64,000 nt of DNA, taken from the NCBI RefSeq assembly GCF_009914755.1, contig NC_060938.1; one strand, written 5' to 3'. Origin of the DNA: the human T2T-CHM13v2.0 reference genome, Homo sapiens. Below are positions 20,601 to 35,643 of this stretch, one piece after another; positions within the stretch are counted from its first letter, which is position 1; each line of letters starts with the position of its first letter. A model generated the notes under the pieces. It had not been told where the DNA came from. It saw only the letters and a program-made list of their open reading frames with translations, and ran no database searches. A program made the position numbers and the translations under genes.

Positions 20601-21137
20601 TAAAGGTATAAGCAGCACGTCCTCATCCTTTATTCCCAGCCATCAGAACTAGTTATACCAGATGAGTGGGCAAATTCTGCTCCCTAAGTCTTAAAGTGTG
20701 GGCAAAACTCTGCAGCTGAAATGCCGGCCAGCAAGGAAGGGGTGCAGGCAGAGGACCCCACCGCTCTAGAGCCTGAGAAGCGCGCACTGCCCTCAGAAGA
20801 GAGGTTTAATTGGCTCACAGTTCCACAGGCTGCACAGGAAGCATGGCAGCATCAGCTTCTGGGGATGCCTCAAGGAACTTACAATCATGGCAGAAGGTAA
20901 AAGGGAGTGAGGCAGGAAGAGAGGGAGGAGGAGCAGGAGGTAGAGAGAGAAGGGGGAGTTGCTACAGACTTTTAAACACCAGATCCCATGAGAACTCTAT
21001 CACGAGAACAGCACTAGTGGGATGGTGCTAAACCATTCGTGAGAGACTGCCCCCATCATACATGAGGCCTCACCTCTAACACTGGGGATTACAATTCGAC
21101 ATGAGATTTGGTGGGGACACAGATCCAAACCATATCA
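17623..21137 (-). mobile_element. MSTA-type MaLR solo LTR split by the POLR3G retrocopy (pieces ~17623-17693 and 20795-21137)
   Basis: Minus strand starts TGATATGGTTTGG at 21137 and ends ACTAATACA at ~17623; continuous across the TSD. Confidence 0.85.
17694..20794 (-). pseudogene. POLR3GP1: Processed pseudogene of POLR3G (RNA Pol III subunit RPC7-alpha/RPC32-alpha) with 5'UTR, disabled CDS (~19970-20643), ~2.2 kb 3'UTR and decayed poly(A)
   Basis: Intronless MAGNKG*GRAAYTFNIEAVGF... and acidic tail ...DDNMDEAT. Stops at 20623-20625 (TGA) and 20479-20481 (TAA); frameshifts near 20408 and 20160. ATTAAA at 17722-17727, A-rich tail 17694-17712, TSD agaaaagaggttt (17681-17693) / agaagagaggttt (20795-20807). 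The P1 suffix is from recall of the locus. Confidence 0.93.
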
Positions 21138-21391
21138 CCTTGTCTGGAGAAATGTCTATTCAAGAACTTCATCTATTTTTTTTTTTTTTGTCTCTCTCTC
21201 CCTCCCTCCCTCCCTCTCTGTCTGTCTCTCTCTCTCTCTCTTCTTTCTTTCTTTCTTTTATGGAGTCTCACTCTGTCACCCAGGCTGGACTGCAATGGTG
21301 CAATCTCAGCTCACTGCAATCTCCACTTCCTGAACTCCAGTGATTCTCCAGCCTCAGCCTCCTGAGTAGCTGGGACTACAGGCACATGCCT

Positions 21392-22690
21392 GTCTTTTCT
21401 CCAGGAAGATCCAACAGGAAAAAAGAAAGAAATCTCTCTGATTAGACTCCAACCATACCCCACCCTCCATCACATTGACTGGATAGGCATAATGGAAACC
21501 AGAACATGTGGTTTCCAAACAAGAAAAATCCTATGAGGGATGGGAGGAGGGGAGAGGAAGGATTCAGCCAGTGCCCAGACTGAAATTGATTAATGTCAAT
21601 TGCACTCTTCTTCACACATCTTCAGGTTGCATGTTCGTGGAGTAGTTTAGGAATAAATCCACAGCTTGTGGAGTACTAAAATACCTAGTGGTCTGCTGTA
21701 TTACATTATGGCCTTCCCCAGCAGCTTCCAAGGCAGCCTCCAAGTCACTGGCAGGAGAATTTGGCTGGAACTGCATGGAGGACTGCAGAGATTCCTCTCC
21801 ATAGTTATAGAAGGGACTGTTCCAGGCCTGATTGTTCCAGGACTGGGTGCACCAGGTCTGAGTGTTCCAGGAGTGGTTGCTCCAGGACTGGATGTTCTGG
21901 GTCTGGTTGCTCCAGGTTGAATTGTTCCAGGTCTGGTTGCTCCACATTGGAAAGTTCCCAGTCATGTTCACCAGGCATCCCCAGTGGTAGGAAGAGTAGA
22001 GGCTGGGGTAGGTAGGTGCTGAGGCCTTCTGAGTCACACCATTGCTATTCTTTGGCCAGTTGTTTTCCTGCCACCTCTTAGATTTCATTCTCTGGTTCTG
22101 GAACCACGTCTTAACCTGTTTGTAGCTGAGGTTCAGGATGTTGGAAAGTTCTTGCATCTGCTGGAGGCTGAAGTATTTCTGTCCCTGAAATCTATCATTG
22201 AGTACAAACAGCTGTGTGGAAGAGAACACAGTTCTGGTCTTCTGTTTCTTGAATGGGACCTTGTCTTCCTTTTTTCTGGCACTCTTCTCTGCAGAAGTGG
22301 GTTGTTTGCCTTTGGGAGGGGTGGAAGAATCAGGGCTGTCCTAAATAAGCAGATCCACGGAGGAAGGAAGAGGAGAGACAGTCTCCATGTGAGGCATCTC
22401 AGCAGAAGACATTTGCAAGGATGGATAGTTTTCTTCAGGCCCACAAATCACAGGTGTAAGTGAAGAGTCTTTACAGACGGATGCGTTGGAGCAAGGCAGG
22501 CTTTGTGAACAAGCTGGAGCCACACTCATGTTATTATTGGGGAAGAGGAGGAAAAAATTTAAGAGCTGGACTGGAAAAAAGGTTAAGGTGGCTTTAAGAC
22601 TTTTTTCTGGAAGATCTTAGAGAAATATGACCTCCAGAAGCGAAAGTATCAAGAGGTTGGGATGAAGTGAGTCGCCGCCACAGTAACCAT
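21392..22690 (-). pseudogene. NANOGP7: Processed pseudogene of NANOG (5'UTR, CDS 21612-22529 with one nonsense codon, proximal 3'UTR)
   Basis: ORFs 22341..22529 and 21612..22229 share a frame. Homeodomain ([16 protein letters not shown]), tryptophan pentapeptide repeats, C-terminus MQPEDV; no introns; TAG at 22341-22343. The P7 number is from recall. Confidence 0.93.
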
Positions 22691-23076
22691 CATGTTACTT
22701 TCTTGCTTAAAACCCTAGATGGCTCTTGATTTCTCTTAGGATAAAATTTGAAATCATTTCCACGGCCGAGGAGATCCTGTAGCATTAGGGCCTGCTGTCC
22801 CCAAACTCTTTCGCTGGCTCATTATGTTCCAGGCTGAATGGTCTTTAAGTTTGTCAGAGACACTGAGCCTTTCCCCATCGCCACTCTTTGTATCTGGTGT
22901 TGCCTCAGCCTGGAATGCTGTTTGACTCCCTTTCCCCTCCTCTCTGTTACCACTCTCTCCTCCTTTGTTTGGTTAACCCCTATCCATCTTTCAGTCTTGA
23001 CTCAGAAGCATTTCCTCTGGGATGTCTCTCCTGACTCACTCATACTCTGTTTTGTGTCTGATCTACTACTGGCCTA

Positions 23077-23865
<789 letters not shown>

Positions 23866-25504
23866 TTAATTTGTATGTCTTTTTGCTTAAGATATACAAA
23901 TTCTCACCTATTAGAGTCCATGAAGCTACCATGCTTATCTTGTGCATTGCTGTATCTTCAGAAAATGTCTGGATAGTGCCTGATAACACTGGAAATGGTG
24001 AAATTAACACTTGTTGGATGCATAAAAGATGGGGTAGTAATCATTAGGTGTACATACATTCCCTATTTAACTCACAAGAAAATCCTGGTGAAAAACCTGG
24101 GAAATCAAGGATTTCCATGTAAACATAGTAAAGTCATATTTCAGTAGAGGAGGTGGTTCTTTGTCTTTGGGAGAAACTGGACGTGGAGAAGAACTCAGTA
24201 TCATAGCTAATCATTGCCTGGAGCAGAGCTTCTTAACCTGAAACCCAAGATTTCACAAGAAGTCTGTTCACTTCCTAATTGTGTGTGTGTGGGCGGGGGG
24301 GGGGGGGGGCGGTGAATGTGTATTAATATGTTTCACAATTTTAAAGCATTCTCTAAGTCTGTCACTGTTCTGGGCACTGGGGATATAGTAGAGAAGAAAT
24401 AGATAAAAACCTCTACCTTATGAGCTTACCTTCTCATGGGGTCAGAAAGACAAGAAATAAAATAAGTGAGTAAAATAGGTAAAACCGTAGTAAGCGATAT
24501 GGAGAAAAATAAGGCAGGGAAGGAGGGGAGACAGTGGAGATGGGGGTTATGATTCTAAATAGAGTGGTCAGAGAAGGGCTTACTGTGATGGTGACTTGAG
24601 GAAAAGCACCTGAAGAGTCAGCCATGTGGTATCAGGCAGAAAAGCATTCCACACAGAGGGATTTTCTGCAACTGTGAAGGCCACGGGGTGGAAATATGCC
24701 CAGCATATTGGAGAAACAGCAAAGAGGCCAGCATGGCTAGAGCAGATCAAGCTGGGAAAATCAGGTCAGACGTAATGTCAAGGCCAAAGTCCAAGGAGGA
24801 CTTTATAAACCATTGCAAGAATTTGGTTTTCACTCTGAATGAGATCGGAAGACAGTGGAGAGTTTTGAGCTAAAGAAACACCAATTTTATGTATTCGTGT
24901 ACGTGCACATGTGTATGAATGAATATGACTGTCTGTGCATGTGTATGGGCAGGTGGGTGCATTTTTCTGGAGAGATTCCACAGGCGTCCATGTGGTCTCC
25001 TTGAGAAGCTGCCCCACGCTGCACTTTTCCTCTGAACCTAATGGCTCCTCCCTTGTCTCCCTCCCTCCCTCCCTCCACCTTTAGAGAGGCAGGGTGCTGC
25101 TGGGAGTTGGTTATTTTCTAGGCAGAATCTTAGCAGGAGTTTAAATGTGCCTGCATTGGAGCAGGCAGTTTTCTTCCCTCTTGGACATCATTCCGTTCAC
25201 AGAGCTGAAGAGCTGGGGGCTCCTTTCATTCGAGAAAAGATGCTCTCACCCCATCAATGAAATCCAAATGGGAAGCAGGGAGAGTCAAGGGGGAAAGCGT
25301 CCATTTGGACTTCTTGGCTCCAAAACTGTATTCAGGAATAGCTGTAAGAGGAGGGGCTAAAGTAGAAGGAGGAGGAACAGAGTAGCAATCACGATAATAA
25401 CAGCTTCACCTTCTCATTTAACACTTATAGCTATATATATAATTTTACTGAATGATTTCCTGAATTCAAATAAGTGCTAGATTATTTGTAAAAAAGTTAT
25501 TTAC

Positions 25505-25615
25505 CTTTGACATGTGAAACATGTTTCTTGGTATGGGTTTGCTAGGATCTGCATGATAAAAATTATCTGTGAGTGGAATAGCAATTCCCATATTAGATGG
25601 AGGCCTGTAGTTTAT
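25505..25615 (-). CDS. CATSPERB: CATSPERB coding exon (INYRPPSNMG...MFHMSK)
   Basis: Within ORF 25466..25651(-); acceptor ttgcag|ATA, donor AAG|gtaaat; 111 nt. Confidence 0.94.
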
Positions 25616-26076
25616 CTGCAAGTGATTAAACAAAGAAAATGTACAATTCATTATTATGAAGTCTTTAATTTATAGATCTTGACTTTCTAGAAAACCAATC
25701 AAGGCAAAAATTCAATTTTTAGCTACAGGTATTAAAGTAAATTTATCTCCCCCAACTTTTCTACCCCTCATTTTCTGGAATTTCAACAATTTTAACCAAT
25801 GATAATATAACTTGTAAATAAGTGAAAAAACTGCCATAAAGTCAATGCAATTAAAGTTTAAACACTTTATCAAAGAGTCTTAGTGATGTATCATAGTTAG
25901 TAAATAATTCTTCAAGTTTGGTTATTTGCTTTTTGTCACAAAGAAAATTATAAGTAATAAATTAGTTGATAAAGAGCAACATTTTATATTTAAAAAGAGT
26001 CACAAATTCTGACAAGGCAAAAGTTAAAATTATTACATTGAAATGGGTAGATATATAGTTGACCCTTGAACAACAC

Positions 26077-27381
<1,305 letters not shown>

Positions 27382-27690
27382 ATCAGCTTAGGACAAGTCA
27401 ATGTAAGGGAAAATAGTTGAATATATCACAAAAGACAAAGATCACACCAACATATAAAGTGTAAAATGATAATAATAATGACACTAAGTTACCAGGAAAA
27501 ATAATTATTTCAGAAAGCTTTTACAGCTTAGAAATCATCACATCCTCAAAATGACATGAGGATTAAAAAATAACTGTGAAGTGTTTTGAGCCACTCACAA
27601 AAGAAATGCTGAAACTGAATGGGTAGGCAATCACACAAAAGTCACATAGCATTGCTTCTTAAACCAATATACTTAGATTTTTTTTTTTAC

Positions 27691-27888
27691 CGGCAAAGTT
27701 TTGATGAGGTTAAAACCCTGACTGTCTTTATGAACTCCACTAATCCAGTCTTCAAATGGGATAAATTTGCTAGGAATGTGATGCATAGATCTGAGATAAC
27801 TACAGCTGCTTTTCAGTGTTGGCACCATTGTCGTAACAAAGCACTCAGTAGAGGCTGACCACATAATAAATGCCAGTGAAGTTGAACC
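27691..27888 (-). CDS. CATSPERB: CATSPERB coding exon (GSTSLAFIMW...LIKTLP)
   Basis: Within ORF 27673..27951(-); acceptor ttccag|GGT, donor CCG|gtaaaa; 198 nt. Confidence 0.94.
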
Positions 27889-27927
27889 CTGGAAATAACC
27901 AAATAAATGAAGGTTATTTAAAGTAAC

Positions 27928-28332
27928 TGTTATGGACTGAACTGTGTCCAACCAAAAATCACATGTTGAAACCCCAACCTCCAGTATCTCAAAATGTGGC
28001 TGTATTTGGAGATAGGGCCTTTAAGGAGGTAATTAAGGTAAAATGAGGTCATTTGGGTGGGCCCCAATCCAGTGTCACTGGTGTCATCTTATAAGAAGAG
28101 GAGATTAGGATATAGACAACACAGAAACTGAGGGGCAACCATATGAGGACACAGCAAGAAGATGGCCATACACAAGCCAAGTAGGGGGGCTGCAGAGGAA
28201 ACCAACCCTGCTGATATCTTGCTCTTGAACTTGTAGCCACTAGAACTGTAAGAAAATAAATTTCCATTGTTTGAGTCACCAAGCCACCAAGTCAGTGGTA
28301 TTTTGTTGTGGCAGCCATAGCAAACTAATATA
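27928..28332 (+). mobile_element. MLT1-family MaLR solo LTR
   Basis: TGTTATGGACTGAACTGTGTCC...AAACTAATATA, AATAAA near 28255. Confidence 0.8.
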
Positions 28333-28486
28333 GTGAAGAATATAGAAAACTAAAAAATATAGAAAAAGAAAAGAAATACAAAAAGACATGACAGAAGTAG
28401 AAAAATATTTGACCATAAAGATCTGTTTGAGAATAAATCATAATAGAAAACATATTCTTTTCCAGGAAGAAATATATTCCAATCTA

Positions 28487-28966
<480 letters not shown>

Positions 28967-29222
28967 TTAGGGGAAAGTGGATGCCTATGTGAGGTATTTA
29001 TTCCACAATGGTAATCATTTTACTACATATATGTGTCTTACAACAACACATTGTATTCCTTAAATATACACAACAAAATTTATTTTAAAATATTTTTTAA
29101 AGACTTATTAAATAAATACCACTGTTACATCCAACTCATATCGTTGAGGCTTCCCCATTCACTGATGAGCACCTGAATATTTGGTTTGATGATATAAATA
29201 AAATAACTTTGATTGTTTACTG

Positions 29223-29225
29223 TTT

Positions 29226-29271
<46 letters not shown>

Positions 29272-29655
29272 TTTTTTTAAGAGATGAGATCGCGCTCTGT
29301 CACCCAGGCTGGAGTACAGTGGCACTATTATAGCTTACTTCAGGCTTGAACTCCTGGGCTCAAGCGATCCTCTCACCTCAGCTTCCTGAGTAGCTAGGAC
29401 TATAGATGTGTGCCACCACACCTAGCTTTTGAAATCTGAAATTTACTCTTAGCAATTTTGAAATGTACAATACTCTATTATTAACTATATTCACCATGCT
29501 GTGCAAATAACTAAAAAAATTTTTTTAAATTTTTATAGAGACGGGGTCTCGCTGTGTTGCCTAGGCTGGTCTCGAACTCCTGGCCTCAAGTGATCCATCT
29601 GCTTTGGCCTCCCAAAGTGTTGGGAACAGAGGTATGAGCCACCATACTTAGCCTG
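29223..29655 (-). mobile_element. AluJ with (TTTC)n tail and a ~90-bp L1 fragment in its linker
   Basis: Two Alu arms separated by non-Alu sequence at ~29428-29517. Confidence 0.8.
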
Positions 29656-30735
29656 ATTGGTGTACATTTTGAAAATAAAATTCACTTAGTAATCACTGTA
29701 TTTCATAAAGATAGATTTTTATCTAGATTTTTGCTAGATTTTAAAAATATACGCACAGTAAATGTACTTGATCTTTGAACAATATTAAACAGCAGTGCAA
29801 TTCAATAAATTCTATTTACAATTCTGAAGTATTTTTGGAACTTTAAAAATGTAGAAATACTAATAAACGTAGTGATATAGTAGGTTCTGGTAGTGGTCAT
29901 TTTGTCCTGTCCCCATACTCTGTAGCCATTAAGAATAACGTATTTTTATTACTTTTGTCAAACACATTGACACTGAATTTAAGCAGAGTTCCACTATTAA
30001 AGGAAATACAGAGGTCTAATGGCAAAAGTTAAGATACAAGGAAGCAAACAGAAAAATCTGGAATGTTGGAAATTCTATAGTACAACTGACCCAATTTCTA
30101 CAATTCAATGGCAGGGGAAGAAAATGGAGTAGTAGCTGCCTTCAAATAAAAGACTTAAAAGATAAACAACCATATACTGTGTGAATCTTGTTTTATCTCA
30201 GTTCAAACAAACTGACTATAATTTTTTTTTAGAAAATTAGGGAAATTTGATTATGAACTACATTTTATACAATATTAAAAAGTATTTTAAAAAATTTTAG
30301 GGATGATAATGGCTGTTGTCATTATGTGGGAGATAACATACTTTTTTTAGAGATGTATATTGAAGTATGTGGGCATGAAATCACATGCCTGATGTTTGTT
30401 TTAAAATACCTCAGAATACAAACAAAACAAATTAAATAGGGATGATAAAACAAAAGTAGCACAATCTTGACTATTGTTTAATTTAGGTAATGGATGTATG
30501 GAAGTTCTACTTTTGTCTATATCTTAAAGTTTTCATGATAAAAAAATTTTAGAATATGTAAGAAAAATATTGACTTGAAAGGATTAGAACATACAGTTAA
30601 ATGGAATGAGCACGTCTAAAAGTGTATATACCATGTGTCCTAATTTCAGGGAAAAAAAAGAAAATATTGTAAGTTAATAGTTATTGAGCATTTTCTGGGT
30701 GCCAGGCAATGTTTTAGATATGCTATTTGTAGTAT

Positions 30736-31344
30736 TGTTAGAGTAGGCAGAAGTGAGCAGGAAGAAGAGCCTCTGGGAAAGGAATCCTTGGAGATGCTGC
30801 CCACTGATTGCAGGCACTGCCCACTGATTGTCAGCACTGCCAACTGACAGCAAAGAAAAAAAACAATGGCTACAATGGCAACTTCTGGCCTCATGGACTG
30901 GGCTTATCAGGCTTATTAGGCCCTAGTTGGAGATAACTGTGGTAGGGACTCTATCTGATGACAAGCACCGCACTCCTCCAAAATCTCGCCCTAGAGTAGC
31001 CTTTTGCTCATTATAATACTAAAAAGCACACCCTGGGTGGAGAATTTAAATGCTAATGAGAAATGTGATGTGTGTCCTAGCATGTGCAACCACAGCGCAT
31101 GCACCCAAGGGACCACTTGAAACATGCTTGCAAGTAACACCCCCTCATGGTCCTTCATGAATAATCATGTAAGATTCTCATGAAGAAGGTTTCACTAACG
31201 CTAGTTGGAGCTGCATCATTCTCTTGAGCAGCCAGCTCTGAGTGTATTGTTGCTTTAAATAAACTCCCTTGCCGCACGTCTCTTGGCTGAATTTTTTCCT
31301 CCAAGAAGACATGAACTGAGGACCCCGCACCCCTCCTGGTAACA
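30736..31344 (+). mobile_element. ERVL-type solo LTR (MER54/73/74-like) within a MIR
   Basis: TGTTAGAGTAGG...GGTAACA termini, AATAAA at ~31258; subfamily uncertain. Confidence 0.6.
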
Positions 31345-31584
31345 CTATCACATTTAATTCTCAAAACAACCATGTGAAGTAGGTATATTGTCACCTCCAT
31401 TTTACAGATGAGGGATCTTAGCCACAATAAAGTAACTTTCCCAAGGTCACACAATACCAGAAGTGAGAGCCAATCCAGGTAGTCTTCTCTAGGGCTCACA
31501 CTTTTATCCTCTGTTCTGAACCTCTACACTGCCTTTTTAAATACCCAAAATGTTAAAAGTGCTTAGTCATCCTTAAAAGATATG

Positions 31585-32020
31585 GCTAGGTGCAGTGACT
31601 CAGGCTTGTAATCTTAGCACTTTGGGAGGCCTAGGTGGGTGGATCGCTTGAGCCCAGGGCTTTGAGACCAGCCTGGGCAACATGGTAAAACCCCATCTCT
31701 ACTAAAAACACAAAAATTAGCCAGGAATGGTGGGCCTTTAGTCCCAGCTACCAGGGAGACTGAGGTGGGAGGACTGCTCGAGCCCAGGAGCCCAGTACCT
31801 TGAGACCAGCCTGGGCAACATGGTAAAACTCCATCTTTACTAAAAACACAAAAATTAGCCAGGCGTGGTGGGCCTGTAGTCCCAGCTACTAGGGAGACTG
31901 AGGTGGGAGGACTGCTTGAGCACAGGAGGTCAAGGCTGCAGTGAGCTGTGATCACACCACTGCACTTCAGCCTGGGCATCAGAGAGAGACCCTGTCTCAA
32001 AAATAACCAAAACAAAACAA
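31585..32020 (+). mobile_element. AluJ with internal tandem duplication
   Basis: Segment TTGAGACCAGCC...GAGCCCAGGAG occurs twice. Confidence 0.85.
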
Positions 32021-32044
32021 AAGATAGATAGAATTAAGCATATT

Positions 32045-33545
<1,501 letters not shown>

Positions 33546-33910
33546 AAGAAAAATGCTGAAGAGCACATTTATTCCGTATCTGTCTCTAGTCCTTTCCAGT
33601 GATTTTTTGTGGTTCTCATTTACTGAATAAAGTAATGCTAACGAAGGGTTCATGCCCTGGTAATTGTCCACTGCTAAAAAAAAATGACTTGTAAATTTAT
33701 AATTTGAAAAATGTTTGTTTTTCCTGAAGAATTGAGATATTTCTTCCTCTTAGATGCTAGGAGTTTAGTAAGCTACATGTATTTTATTTTTCACCATTTA
33801 GTTTTCATTTAGTAGCTCATCTTTATTCTATCACAATTTCAATAAGTCTATCATACTAAGTACATATTAAGAACATGGTATAAATAATAAGCCTTTATTT
33901 CAACTAATGA

Positions 33911-34247
<337 letters not shown>

Positions 34248-34799
34248 CATATTCCCTATGTTTAAGCAGTTGAAGGAAGAAATGTAATTAACCGTATACA
34301 CATATAAAGCGATAAAAAGGAGTCCAAGTTAAACAACAACAAAAAAAGAAATGGCCTCAATTGCTACTGTTTCTTGTTACCTTTTTCTTTAATTTTTAAT
34401 GTGATATTTGCAAAAATTATAAATTGAACCTATTAAATTGCCAAGATTTCACTGTGTTTTGGTCTGCAAAAGGGTAATTTCATACAGCTCAACTTAATAT
34501 TTTTGTGGTAAAAAAATATGATTCTGAAATGTGCAGTTACCTTTAGTTGCATCTCAATTTTTCTTTTAAGTTTGATAAATATATAAGTAATTACTAAAAA
34601 TATTATGTAGGACATAGATCTATTTTTATAAAATTATTACAACACTTTCTTCAATGTATTTATCCTTGTAACCCTATACTCTTATGTGTGTATTTATAAA
34701 CAGAGATGTTTAAAATGATGCTCATTAAATATTAATAATAGTTGTTTCAGAAAATTTTTTCATCAGTAAGAAATGTTTTGTAAATGAAGAAAATCCTAC

Positions 34800-34939
34800 C
34801 TGATGTAAAACTTTGCTAGCTGCAGAAATTGTTATTACATAACTGTCAGTATCATCAAAAGTCACTTCAGCTGTAACTTCCAACAAATTAGGGTTTCCAA
34901 CAAACACAGTCAGTAGTGGTATTTCAAGCATTCGAAAAC
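34800..34939 (-). CDS. CATSPERB: CATSPERB coding exon (GFRMLEIPLL...KVLHQ)
   Basis: Overlaps ORF 34725..34931(-); acceptor ccatag|GTT, donor CAG|gtagga; 140 nt. Confidence 0.94.
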
Positions 34940-35105
34940 CTATGGAAACAAGGTTAACAGTTAATATTAGATAATGAAAACTGTAAACTCAATTGAATAA
35001 TGATTGGCTAATCAGATTTTAGAACATCAACTGAATCTATTCTGAAGGTTGCACAATGACTGCACATACAGTTAGCAATTTATATAGAGTCAACTTTAAT
35101 AGTTC

Positions 35106-35643
35106 TGTTACAGGAAATGGGTCCTGATCCAGACCCCAAGAGAGGGTTCTTGAATCTCACACAAGAAAGAATTCAGGGTGAGTCCATAGAGTAAAGTGAA
35201 AGCAAGTTTATTAAGAAAGTAGAGGAATAAAAGAATGGCTACTCCATAGAGCTGGTGGTTGCCCATTTTTATGGTTATTTCATGATAATATGCTAAATAA
35301 GGGGTGGATTATTCATGCCTCCCCTTTTTAGACTATATAGGGTAACTTCCTGATGTTGCCATGGCATTTGTAAACTGTCATGGTGCTGGTGGGAGTGTAG
35401 CACTGAGGACAACCAGAGGTCACTCTGATTGCTATCTTGGTTTTGGTGGGTTTTGCCCAGCTTCTTTACTGCAACCAGTTTTATCAGCAAGGTCTCTATG
35501 ACCTGTATCTTGTGCTAACCTCGTATCTCATCCTGTGGCTTAGAATGCCTTAACCATCTGGGAATGCAACCCAGTAGGTCTCAGCCTCATTTTACCCAGC
35601 TCCTATTCAAGATGAAGTTGCTGTGGTTCAAACGCCTCTGACA
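35106..35643 (-). mobile_element. MER41A-like ERV1 solo LTR
   Basis: Minus strand TGTCAGAGGCGTTTGAACC...TGTAACA; 4-bp TSD gttc at 35102-35105 and 35644-35647. Confidence 0.85.

Noticed and set aside
21800-21960. 15-bp periodic repeats resembling a CRISPR-like or novel array
   Set aside because: They encode the NANOG tryptophan pentapeptide repeat; there are no unique spacers and the context is eukaryotic.
17694-22690. Single chimeric NANOG-POLR3G retrotransposition event
   Set aside because: The POLR3G copy has its own TSD within an MSTA LTR and is separated from NANOG by LTR, L1 and Alu sequence.
35106-35643. MER41 LTR as an interferon-gamma/STAT1 enhancer
   Set aside because: This copy reads AAAAAGGGGAGG directly into CATGAATAATCC and lacks the tandem GAS (TTCNNNGAA) segment of MER41B; it is the MER41A-type form.
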